Source: an uncultured Gammaproteobacteria bacterium
GTDB lineage: Bacteria > Patescibacteriota > Patescibacteriia > CAYYDP01
Direction of reading: 5' to 3'
Assembly: GCA_964470645.1 (NCBI GenBank)
Contig: CAYYDP010000002.1
Location: forward strand, 1 to 60,506
DNA: 60,506 bases
In this document: positions 47,154 to 55,467 of the stretch, one piece after another
Layout: each line of letters begins with the position of its first letter
Position numbering within the stretch: position 1 is the first letter of the stretch
Notes under the pieces: model-generated
Seen by the model: only the letters and a program-made list of their open reading frames with translations
What the model was told of the DNA's origin: nothing
Databases searched by the model: none
Made by a program: the position numbers and the translations under genes

Positions 47154-48242
47154 TCAGACCACCATATCCGACCATTCAATCGTTCGCTCATTCTCTCGCT
47201 TCCCATGTCCAATCTTCACCCAAATGATCTTTGCCTCGTCGGAGTATTTCTTTAGGATATTTGTTACCTTCTCTGCCCATTCGATGGCGAACACTGCGCC
47301 GGAGTCAATAAGTTTGGCAAATCCAAGGTCCAAAAATTCTTGATCCGAAAACATGCGCCAGGTGTCGATGTGAATGAGTTTATATTTTTTGCTCCCATGC
47401 TTGAACACATAGTCTCGTTCGAGAATAAACGTGGGAGAATTCACCCGTTCTTTCACCCCGAGCGCCCGCGCAACTCCCTTCGTAAACTGTGTCTTCCCTG
47501 CACCCAAATTCCCTTGAAGCGCAAAAATGACCGACTTGAATCCAAGATAGTGTTTGTATTGATTCATGAGTTTCTCTCCCAGCGCAATGGTTTCCTCCTG
47601 TGATTTCGTGTTTTGGTGATTTCGTGTTTTTGTAAACTTGATTTCTCCCTGCCTCAAGATCGTCGCGTCGTTGAGTGTGGTATCTACCACAGTCGAAGGT
47701 TCGCGAATGGGCAGTTGCCCCGCATCCAAAACCAAATCAATAAGTTTCTTTTGTTTCGCCGAGATGTTATTGAAAATATCCTTAATGTGGTACGGGCGTT
47801 TTTTATACGACGCATTAGCAGACGTGGAAGTAATAGGTTTCCCAAATGTTTTCACGATTTTCAGAATTAACGGATAATCCGGAATCCTGATCCCGAGCGT
47901 TCCCAGTTCTGATTCTACTCCTTTCGCAACATTCCCCTTGCTCTTTGAAACAACTGTTACGGGTCCTGGGAGCAATGTCCGATAGATATTCTCTGCTGTT
48001 TTGTTGATGCGAACAAATTTTGCCGCCATATTTTTATCCGCGCAGGCAATCGAAAGCGGCTTCCCTTCCCGACGAGCTTTATACTTCAAAAGTTTATTCA
48101 CTGCTTCCTGATTTGTCGCATCAACCCCGATTCCATACAGTGTCTCTGTTGGATACACAACAAGTCCCCCCTCCTTGAGGACTTCAATGGTTTTCTTAAC
48201 CACTTCCGATTCTTTCGTTTTTTTGAGATTCAGGGTGAGCAT
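47154..48242 (-). CDS. Fusion of L-threonylcarbamoyladenylate synthase (TsaC/Sua5 YrdC domain) and TsaE ATPase
   Basis: The N-terminal YrdC motifs are VVYPTETLYGIGVDA and KGKPLSI. The C-terminal TsaE P-loop is LQGNLGAGKTQFTKGVARALGV, followed by SPTF. Confidence 0.85.
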   Translation of the reverse strand: MLTLNLKKTKESEVVKKTIEVLKEGGLVVYPTETLYGIGVDATNQEAVNKLLKYKARREGKPLSIACADKNMAAKFVRINKTAENIYRTLLPGPVTVVSKSKGNVAKGVESELGTLGIRIPDYPLILKIVKTFGKPITSTSANASYKKRPYHIKDIFNNISAKQKKLIDLVLDAGQLPIREPSTVVDTTLNDATILRQGEIKFTKTRNHQNTKSQEETIALGEKLMNQYKHYLGFKSVIFALQGNLGAGKTQFTKGVARALGVKERVNSPTFILERDYVFKHGSKKYKLIHIDTWRMFSDQEFLDLGFAKLIDSGAVFAIEWAEKVTNILKKYSDEAKIIWVKIGHGKRENERTIEWSDMVV

Positions 48243-48245
48243 ACT

Positions 48246-48989
48246 TTAAGTAACAGTTACGGGTTCAGACTTCTCCCACATCATGTCAAAATAATTCTGA
48301 AACACCTTTACAAAATCCGAATCACGAATTTCAATAATCCTAGGCGGGTCGGTCACGGCTTGCAAAATAACAGTATCATGAACCACATTGAAATCACCCA
48401 AAAACTCACCTTCACGTTTCCAAACTCGATACTCGGTGAGGTCAGGATATTTTTTCAGCATATCAAGCTCGCTTTGGGTGATGGAAAAATGAATGGTTTT
48501 CCAAAAAATTCTTTTTCGTAATCTAAGCTCTAAATATTTTTTATAGTTTTTCCCCATCAGCGCGATCCACTGTTCGTTGGGAAGCACTCCCACCGCGTAG
48601 TCAACAGTGCCTTCGGGAATGCGCTCAAGCGACTGAATCCAGTAGTCACGGTAGCTTTCGATTCCCTCATACACGATCATCTGTTGGTGTACTTTATGCT
48701 GATAGGTTTTCACCTCTTCCATAATCCCAGAAACAATACTCTCTTTTCTTTTTACCTGAGTCATTAAGCTTGCCGGATCGGTAATTTGAAACTGCCAAAC
48801 TCCGCTTCGAATCAATTTTGTTGCGTATCCTTGGTTAACAAGATGATCAAGAGATTGGTAAACGAGATTTCGGTGTAAGTCGATTTTATTGATAATATGA
48901 CCGGCCCTGCAAGGCCCGAATCGAACAAGCGCCTCATAAACCAAGGCGTCGTTTTTTGTCATTCCTAATGTTTGAAGCTCTTTTAACAT
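48246..48989 (-). CDS. TrmB-like regulator, paralog T10
   Basis: The wHTH is MTKNDALVYEALVRFGPCRAGHIINKIDLHRNLVYQSLDHLVNQGY. Its stop lies 3 nt from the tsaC ATG. Confidence 0.8.
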   Translation of the reverse strand: MLKELQTLGMTKNDALVYEALVRFGPCRAGHIINKIDLHRNLVYQSLDHLVNQGYATKLIRSGVWQFQITDPASLMTQVKRKESIVSGIMEEVKTYQHKVHQQMIVYEGIESYRDYWIQSLERIPEGTVDYAVGVLPNEQWIALMGKNYKKYLELRLRKRIFWKTIHFSITQSELDMLKKYPDLTEYRVWKREGEFLGDFNVVHDTVILQAVTDPPRIIEIRDSDFVKVFQNYFDMMWEKSEPVTVT

Positions 48990-49147
48990 ATCCAGTTCTG
49001 TCACAAGAAAGTATACGTTAAAACAGCTATTATGTAAAAAGTAGTTATATTAGCATAAATTATATAATATAAAATATAAATATTGTCATCATAATTTATT
49101 TGATAAGTATCAATGTTCCTTATTATGATTCTTGTATTAACGTTTTT

Positions 49148-50299
49148 ATGACTTCAAAACACACAAATCTCTGCAAGAACTTACTGGTGCTTCTGGCTGC
49201 TCTGCTTGTTATTATTGGAATTGTACTCATCAACAATAGTTCTGGAACGATACCGGAAAACAATCCGCTAGTAACGATTGGGTTCGTAACCCCACTCTCT
49301 GGTCCGTTTGCAGAATGGGGGACTTCTATACGAAACGGAATGGAGATTGCTTTAAAAGAAACCAAACACCAATTTCGCGTGAACTATGAAGACGACGTAT
49401 GTGATCCGAAAAACGCAGTAACCATTGCGAATAAACTTTTTTCTGTTGATAAAATCAAGATCATCATCGGTCCTGGATGTATTGACGGGTTAAAAGCTGT
49501 TGCCCCTCTTGCCGAACAACACAAGGCACTTCTCTTTTCCACTGGTCTCCTTGACGATGGTGTATTTACCGAAAACAAGAACGTCATTAATTTAGCAAAC
49601 CAAATCTCCACAGAAGCAAGGTATTTAGCGGCCTATCTCAAGACTCAGCCTATAAAAAAAGTAGCTATTGTACACGGAACAAATCTCTTTGGGGAAGAGC
49701 TTGGAAACCGACTTCCTGATTTTCTAAACGAATACAGTATCATGGTTACCTCTACAAATTCAACCAGCCTTGATGAAACCGATTTCAAAACAATCATACT
49801 TTCCATTTTCAAAAATAAACCTGACGCGATTTTTATTCACCAAGGTGAAGTACAAATCGGTACATTCGCAAAACAACTCCGAGAGCTCGGTCACACAACA
49901 CAGGTATTCAGTTACTACGGAACTGAGTCACAATCAGTATTGAAAACAGGTGGAAACGCGCTTGAGGGAGTGAAATATACCTACCCAGTAAATTCCGAAG
50001 AATCATCACCGGGGGCGGTAAGGTTTGAGCAACGGTACGCTCAACGGTTTCCTCATCAAATCCCTTCGGCGACCTCGCGCTTTATCTATGACGGTATGAT
50101 ACTCTTGGATCAAGCTCTTGACACTTGCGGAAGCGAAAATGCTAAATGTATTGCGTTCTTTTTCAAACATTTTGGCACCTATCGCGGCATCTCCGGCGAT
50201 ATGACCTTCAATAATGATGGTTCGATCACAAGACCATTCGGTATCAAAGAAGTTCGGAATGGAAAATTTGAATGGGTGGAGAAAAGGATTGAATTGTAA
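49148..50299 (+). CDS. Membrane-anchored LivK-type solute-binding protein, P5
   Basis: A TM anchor is followed by VTIGFVTPLSGPFAEWGTSIRNGMEIA. ATG at 49148. Confidence 0.8.
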   Translation: MTSKHTNLCKNLLVLLAALLVIIGIVLINNSSGTIPENNPLVTIGFVTPLSGPFAEWGTSIRNGMEIALKETKHQFRVNYEDDVCDPKNAVTIANKLFSVDKIKIIIGPGCIDGLKAVAPLAEQHKALLFSTGLLDDGVFTENKNVINLANQISTEARYLAAYLKTQPIKKVAIVHGTNLFGEELGNRLPDFLNEYSIMVTSTNSTSLDETDFKTIILSIFKNKPDAIFIHQGEVQIGTFAKQLRELGHTTQVFSYYGTESQSVLKTGGNALEGVKYTYPVNSEESSPGAVRFEQRYAQRFPHQIPSATSRFIYDGMILLDQALDTCGSENAKCIAFFFKHFGTYRGISGDMTFNNDGSITRPFGIKEVRNGKFEWVEKRIEL

Positions 50300-50319
50300 T
50301 TGTTAGTTTTTTAGAACGG

Positions 50320-50453
50320 AACATTTGTGAAGGTTTCGGAATAGACCTCACTCAACAACGCCCCGTTCTACGATTCGCGCGAATTGAAGAACGATTCTAT
50401 TAAAGGAGTGGGGCTTCAGCTTCTTTCATTTTCTTGAGATTCAAGATGAGCAT
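50320..50453 (-). repeat. Duplicated tsaC 5' terminus, copy r1 (decayed)
   Basis: The minus strand reads atgctcatcttgaatctcaagaaaatgaaagaa (MLILNLKKMKE), compared with the intact MLTLNLKKTKE. Weaker, frame-broken similarity extends to about 50320. Its ATG lies 1 nt from the T11 stop. Confidence 0.75.
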
Positions 50454-50454
50454 A

Positions 50455-51204
50455 TCAATCCTCGATTGAATTCCATATTAGTTGGAACAACTCTCGTCCC
50501 ATTTGTACGACACTGGGGTTTTCAATGGCAATGGCGGAGATTGGGTTAAATTGATGAATGACGAGTAGATTGGGCGTGACAATCAGGTTTGTGGCGAGCG
50601 ACGTGTTTGGCGGAAGAATTTTAATGTGTTCGTGATAATTTTTTTCAAAACCCTTCCGTCGTCGCGCTTCTTCAGTGTCTTGCAGAAGCAACCGAGTGTC
50701 AATATTGAGTTTAGAACGGCAATTAAGATACTGTTCAAAGTATTCCCGATCCTCTTTTCTCCACTCTTCCGTATCCGATATCGCCCAGTAGTACTCTTTT
50801 GGTTTCAATTCTTCTAAGATTCGGTCATAAACCGTTTTCACCAATTCCAAACCTTCGTAGTGTTTGATAGTGCTCGATTCTCCCTTGAGGTGGAAGAGCG
50901 CGGAAAACTCCGGCAGTATGTGCTGGAATTTTTGTTTGCGGATATCAAGGAGATTTCCGACGTGTTCCGGGTTTTCGGCTATGAATCTGCGCTTTACTCC
51001 TTTGATTTCAACTCGAATAAATCCTTGCCTCATCAAGGATTCAATGATTGAATACACTGTTGTTCGTTTGATCCCAGTTTCTTTTGAAAGCGAGAGAACC
51101 GATGAGGAACCGAGCGATAAACAAGCGACATACACTCGTGCCTCGTGGTCGCTCATCCCGATGTCAATAAGCGATGAAACAAGCTTTTCGTGATGATTGA
51201 TCAT
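50455..51204 (-). CDS. TrmB-like regulator, paralog T11
   Basis: The wHTH is MSDHEARVYVACLSLGSSSVLSLSKETGIKRTTVYSIIESLMRQGF. Confidence 0.8.
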   Translation of the reverse strand: MINHHEKLVSSLIDIGMSDHEARVYVACLSLGSSSVLSLSKETGIKRTTVYSIIESLMRQGFIRVEIKGVKRRFIAENPEHVGNLLDIRKQKFQHILPEFSALFHLKGESSTIKHYEGLELVKTVYDRILEELKPKEYYWAISDTEEWRKEDREYFEQYLNCRSKLNIDTRLLLQDTEEARRRKGFEKNYHEHIKILPPNTSLATNLIVTPNLLVIHQFNPISAIAIENPSVVQMGRELFQLIWNSIED

Positions 51205-51234
51205 AAAATGTCTGAAAAAGGTCCGACATTATCT

Positions 51235-51263
51235 ATACTAAAATAAGGTAAGAATATTGTCAA
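51235..51263 (-). promoter_or_regulatory. Sigma70-like promoter for T11
   Basis: On the minus strand: TTGACA (51258-51263), a 17-nt spacer, then TAGTAT (51235-51240). Confidence 0.5.
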
Positions 51264-51350
51264 ATTAAGTCGAATGTCGACAGATATGACAGATTTTCGT
51301 TTCTAAGGTACGTTTATTAGTCGAAAGGTAAATTCTGGAGACGAACTATT

Positions 51351-52475
51351 ATGAAAAAGTATATCATTCCATTTATCATATTGATCATGCTTGTGATCGG
51401 CGCTGCGTTAGCGGTATTTCCTGAAAAACAAAAGGGAGCAATCAAAATCGGGGTCGTCGCAACGCTCACGGGTGTTGGGGCGTACCAAGGACAACAAGAG
51501 CTCCGGGGACTTGAGTTGGCGCGAGATGAAATAAATTCGAAAGGAGGAATAAAAGGAAAGCAAGTCAAGCTTTTTGTTGAAGACAGCAAAGCGGATCCAA
51601 AAGAAGCTGTCAGGGTATTTCAAAAACTGATTTCAGTAGATGGAGTAAAGTTCGTTATTGGTGACTCGTGGTCTTCAACGACCGTTGCGCTTGTTCCGCT
51701 TGCAAATGAAAATAAAGTTCTACTGATTTCTCCATTGGCTCTCTTGAATGAGTTAAGCGCGGATGATTACTTTTTCAGAACCATCCCAGCAGTGCAGAAA
51801 ATGATGGAGACGCTAGCACAACACGCATACGGATCACTTGAGTCCAGGAGTGTTGGCATTTTGCGCCAGCAGACGCCATTTGGCGTCGAACACACGAAAT
51901 ATTTCAAAGAAGAATTCGAAAAACTTGGTGGAATTGTTGTTGGCGAGGAAAGCTTCCCGCTCTCGCAAACCGATGTTCGGGCTGAAATCACAAAATTGAA
52001 ATCCACAAACCCCGATACCGTTCTCAATCTTCATGGTACTGGTCCGATTTTGGGAAATCTCATGAAGCAGGCAAAAGAATTGGGGTTGGATGTGAATTGG
52101 ATTTCTTCGTTCGGGGCTCAAAATATCCCGCTTGTAAAAGAATTTGGAACGGTGGTGGAAGGGTTGATCTACCCATATCCGTTTGACAGTGATGCAAACA
52201 TTAAAAGCATACAGAATTTCAACAATCAGTATCAAGAGCGTTTTAATGAATTACCGGACATGGTCGCCGCGAACTCGTATGATGCTTTGATGGTATTGGC
52301 GCAAGCGATTAATAACGCTGGTGAAGATACGTTTAAAGTAAAACAGCGGCTACTGAAGACCAAAGATCACAACGGTGCAAGCGGAGAATTTTCGTTCGAT
52401 CAAAACGGTGACGTCGAAAAACCCATTATCATCAAACAAATCCATGATGGGAAGTTCGTGAAGGTTTCGGAGTAA
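51351..52475 (+). CDS. Membrane-anchored LivK-type solute-binding protein, P6
   Basis: A TM anchor is followed by IKIGVVATLTGVGAYQGQQELRGLELA and LFVEDSKADPKEAV. Confidence 0.85.
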   Translation: MKKYIIPFIILIMLVIGAALAVFPEKQKGAIKIGVVATLTGVGAYQGQQELRGLELARDEINSKGGIKGKQVKLFVEDSKADPKEAVRVFQKLISVDGVKFVIGDSWSSTTVALVPLANENKVLLISPLALLNELSADDYFFRTIPAVQKMMETLAQHAYGSLESRSVGILRQQTPFGVEHTKYFKEEFEKLGGIVVGEESFPLSQTDVRAEITKLKSTNPDTVLNLHGTGPILGNLMKQAKELGLDVNWISSFGAQNIPLVKEFGTVVEGLIYPYPFDSDANIKSIQNFNNQYQERFNELPDMVAANSYDALMVLAQAINNAGEDTFKVKQRLLKTKDHNGASGEFSFDQNGDVEKPIIIKQIHDGKFVKVSE

Positions 52476-52499
52476 GATTCAACGGAAGGAACAATGTGC

Positions 52500-53687
52500 C
52501 TAGATCATGCTCGCGGGTATAAAACCCAATTGTTTTGAAAACGACTTTGAGATAACGTAGGTATGTTTGAGTTTCAACGATTTTGCCACAGATTGAGCCT
52601 TCGCGTAATCTTGCGGGACCGCGGTCTGCTTCACCTCAAGAGCAACCGATTCTTTCGGAAGCACAAAATCAATTTCAATCCCAGTCCTCCGTTGATAATA
52701 ATGGATAGGCTCATAGGATGGTTTCAGGTTTTGAAAAACAGCATTTTCCAAAAGCTGGCCGTCTCCGACGTTTGCGAAATGATTCACGATCCCAACATCG
52801 CAGGCATACAGCTTCTTTGTCCCACTCACCTCTCGATCACGGTTCCGGCTAAAGGGAGTAATGAGATGGATAAAATACGTTCCTTCAAGAAACGACAGAT
52901 ACGAGTATACCGTTTCCCGGGAAACCCCTACTTCAACCGATAATTTGCTGATCTCTAGCTTTGAACCAACCCGCTGCAAAAGCAATAGCAACAAATCCCT
53001 CAGAGCGGTAAGATTTTTCACATCCGCCAACGTCTTCACGTCTTTTTCAAAATAGGATTTAAAAATATCGTTCAATCGGATCTTTTTTTGCTCCCAGGTT
53101 TTGGCAAGTACCACAGACGGAAACCCACCAAACTGGAGATACTCATCGTATAACTTTTTTGATCGCTCGAATTGGACTTCGGTTTTTTGTACGTGCTTTT
53201 CCGGGAACGAACCGCCCCACGGCATGGGAACGCGCTTAAACTCAAGAAACTCCTGAAACGTTAATGGATAGAGTTCAAAAACCGCTTTTCGTCCTGCGAG
53301 ACTCTCAGGAAATACATTCTTAAAATAATAACTGGACGAACCAGTAAGAAAAAACTTAACATCATGATGATCTTGCAAATACTTGATCGCCTTTACAATA
53401 TTTGGCATTGCCTGAATTTCATCAAGAAAAACATACGCCTTTTTCTTTGGGCTGATTCCGTACGACGCGAGGTTTGCCAAGATATTATTGTAATCGGTTT
53501 CCTCAAAAATCTTTTGCTCAACCGGGTTCTCAATGTCCAAAAATACTTTGTTATCACTCTTAATCTCGTCAAAGATTTGGCGATAGAGGGTTGTTTTCCC
53601 AACCTGTCGCATACCAGTGAGAACAATAATTTCTTTGGTCGATAACTGCTTTCTCAGCTTTGGTAATAATGATCGTTGAAATATCAT
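52500..53687 (-). CDS. AAA-family ATPase with DUF4143-like C-terminal domain
   Basis: It has the Walker A motif IIVLTGMRQVGKTTLY and is a paralog of 23264-24490. Confidence 0.7.
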   Translation of the reverse strand: MIFQRSLLPKLRKQLSTKEIIVLTGMRQVGKTTLYRQIFDEIKSDNKVFLDIENPVEQKIFEETDYNNILANLASYGISPKKKAYVFLDEIQAMPNIVKAIKYLQDHHDVKFFLTGSSSYYFKNVFPESLAGRKAVFELYPLTFQEFLEFKRVPMPWGGSFPEKHVQKTEVQFERSKKLYDEYLQFGGFPSVVLAKTWEQKKIRLNDIFKSYFEKDVKTLADVKNLTALRDLLLLLLQRVGSKLEISKLSVEVGVSRETVYSYLSFLEGTYFIHLITPFSRNRDREVSGTKKLYACDVGIVNHFANVGDGQLLENAVFQNLKPSYEPIHYYQRRTGIEIDFVLPKESVALEVKQTAVPQDYAKAQSVAKSLKLKHTYVISKSFSKQLGFIPASMI

Positions 53688-53695
53688 ATATCTTT

Positions 53696-53724
53696 ATCTT
53701 ACATTATGACATAAATATTGTCAA
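53696..53724 (-). promoter_or_regulatory. Sigma70-like promoter, near-leaderless AAA ATPase mRNA
   Basis: On the minus strand: TTGACA (53719-53724), a 17-nt spacer, then TAAGAT (53696-53701). The ATG at 53687 is 8 nt after the -10 box. The region also holds the inverted repeat atattgtc-N11-gacaatat (53715-53741). Confidence 0.5.
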
Positions 53725-53772
53725 CCATCAGTCGACAATATAGTCATTCTCAAATCAACAAATGAACAATAA

Positions 53773-53820
53773 TCCGATGGTTTTCTTAATCACCTCCGAT
53801 TCTTTCGTTTTTTGAGATTG
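53773..53820 (-). repeat. Duplicated tsaC 5' terminus, copy r2 (truncated before the ATG)
   Basis: gttttcttaatcacctccgattctttcgttttttgagatt is nearly identical to 57385-57427. Confidence 0.85.
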
Positions 53821-53833
53821 ATAGTCAATGGTC

Positions 53834-53861
53834 TTGACATAAACTATATATAGAGTATCAT
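53834..53861 (+). promoter_or_regulatory. Sigma70-like promoter with no downstream ORF
   Basis: TTGACA (53834-53839), a 16-nt spacer, then TATCAT (53856-53861). Confidence 0.5.
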
Positions 53862-53867
53862 GTTATT

Positions 53868-53958
53868 GAAAATTCACAGCCGAATACTTCCCTTATGGTA
53901 GGTGTCCCGACTTGTCGGGAATAGGCTGTTCCCCCTATCGACGGGGGTTTTTGTTTTT
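53868..53958 (+). ncRNA. Candidate small RNA (~90 nt)
   Basis: It runs from the predicted TSS to an intrinsic terminator, ccccctatcgacggggg + tttttgttttt (53931-53958). An internal hairpin is tcccgac ttg tcggga. The only ORF on this strand (53912-54136) starts inside the candidate RNA, has no recognisable motif and is antisense to the DUF3800 pseudogene. It is convergent with that pseudogene. Confidence 0.4.
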
Positions 53959-54519
53959 ACAAATGTTTAATTATACCTTTGCTTTCTGCCCGGCGATAAC
54001 AATCTGCTACTTTTTCATTTCCCTCAAGATAGTCGCGAACAAAGCCAGCTATTGCGTCAGCCAATCGAATGAAAGGGTCATTTTCATCTTTCCTAACACC
54101 ACGAACCTTTCTCACACGGACGTTAAGTCTTTTTAAACCCGCTGAAAAGCGATGTCGTTCCGATCGTTTGAGTCCATCAACAAACACAGTTGTTTCATAC
54201 AACCCTTGAGATTTACGCAAAATCGCTTTCGCGGTTGAAAATATCGTGAGATCAAAATACGCCTTACTCTCGGAATAATACGAATAAAAAATTGTTTCAC
54301 GAAGATGCTTATTTTCCAGTACTGCCCGATGTATGCCAACCTCCGTTTTTCATTCGTATGAAACCACTTCCGATTCCCTTTGCAACTTCGCCTCTCAACA
54401 CCCCCAAGATGTTGTTGAATCAACTCGCGGTCGCGATCCAACACCACCACTGATACGAGAAACAGTTTTCCCTCGGTATCTTGTCCAGATTCATCAACAT
54501 AGCAGTATAGTTTTTGCAT
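53957..54519 (-). pseudogene. DUF3800-family gene split by a frameshift
   Basis: The N-terminal ORF (54133-54519) starts MQKLYCYVDESGQD. The C-terminal ORF (53957-54220) contains PFIRLADAIAGFV. The second frame is open back to a homopolymer, T5 on the plus strand at 54346-54350. One extra base there would fuse the two into one protein of about 187 aa. Confidence 0.65.
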
Positions 54520-54550
54520 ACGATCAGTGTATCAAACTCAATGTGAGTAA

Positions 54551-54618
54551 TTCAATGCTTCCACGGTCTTCTTGATGACTTCCCCTTCTTTCGTTTTTCT
54601 GAGATTCAGGATGAGCAT
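54551..54618 (-). repeat. Duplicated tsaC 5' terminus, copy r3
   Basis: ttcaatgcttccacggtcttcttgatgacttccccttctttcgtttttctgagattcaggatgagcat includes the ATG (54616-54618). It lies 4 nt from the T12 stop. Confidence 0.8.
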
Positions 54619-54622
54619 AGTT

Positions 54623-55369
54623 TTATGTTAACGGGTCACTCTGATCCCATAAAAACTGCCAAAGTTGTTTTTGCAGTTTCACAATCTTCAAATCTTCAAT
54701 GGCTGTACTTGCGAGCGGTTCAAACGAATCAAAGACAGCCATCCGATCATTCAACAGGAATCCGACTTTATTCGAGATATCAAATCCCGATGGAAGAAAC
54801 CGAATTTCCTGCATCCCCGCGCGGTATTTTTTCTTAACATATTCGAGTGTTTTCTCGGTTCGTGGCATTAGATTGCGAACACACCCGCCGTGACGCTTAA
54901 GAATCTCAAACATATGCTTATTGTGTGCTTCACCAAATATTTTCCAATACTCCTCAATAAACACGAGTCCAGAAACCTCTTTTGATCTCATCATGACATC
55001 ATGAATGTATTCAAACTGCTTTCGACCCTCATACAGGGTTGTCCTGCTTTTGGGCTCATGAATCCGTTTTTGGTTCACCTCGAGTGCAATCTGCTTTGCA
55101 AGTTCCGTCTTCTCAAGATACCCATAAAGCACAGCTTCAAAACCAAGAGGAATATAAAAATCGATCTTACCCTTCTGAATTTGAGAGACAAGACTTTTTT
55201 GCTTCAACGACTCAACGATGACATACACCGTTGGTCGTTTCAGGCCAGTGCGCTGCGCGAGTTCGGTCATGCGAGCTTCTCCAAGTACAACAAGAGCATT
55301 GTATACCTCAGCCTCTTTTCCGGTAAACCCAAGTTCAGTCAAGCGAAATACGATGTTGGTATTATCCAT
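54623..55369 (-). CDS. TrmB-like regulator, paralog T12
   Basis: The wHTH is FTGKEAEVYNALVVLGEARMTELAQRTGLKRPTVYVIVESLKQKSLV. ATG at 55369. Confidence 0.8.
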   Translation of the reverse strand: MDNTNIVFRLTELGFTGKEAEVYNALVVLGEARMTELAQRTGLKRPTVYVIVESLKQKSLVSQIQKGKIDFYIPLGFEAVLYGYLEKTELAKQIALEVNQKRIHEPKSRTTLYEGRKQFEYIHDVMMRSKEVSGLVFIEEYWKIFGEAHNKHMFEILKRHGGCVRNLMPRTEKTLEYVKKKYRAGMQEIRFLPSGFDISNKVGFLLNDRMAVFDSFEPLASTAIEDLKIVKLQKQLWQFLWDQSDPLT

Positions 55370-55467
55370 AACGACAGTATTAACATAACACAGACAATAC
55401 AAACGTCAATAGATATTGACGTTTATTTACGGCAATTCTTTCCAGAATCCACTCTCTCGCTTATGAT

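Noticed and set aside
9167-51300. A shared motif AATGTCG...CAGAT(AT)GACA in the T2/P1 (9167-9190) and T11/P6 (51279-51300) control regions, as a common TrmB operator.
   Set aside because: It is seen in only two regions, and it overlaps generic TGTCA/TGACA half-sites that also arise from TTGACA -35 boxes. That is not enough support.
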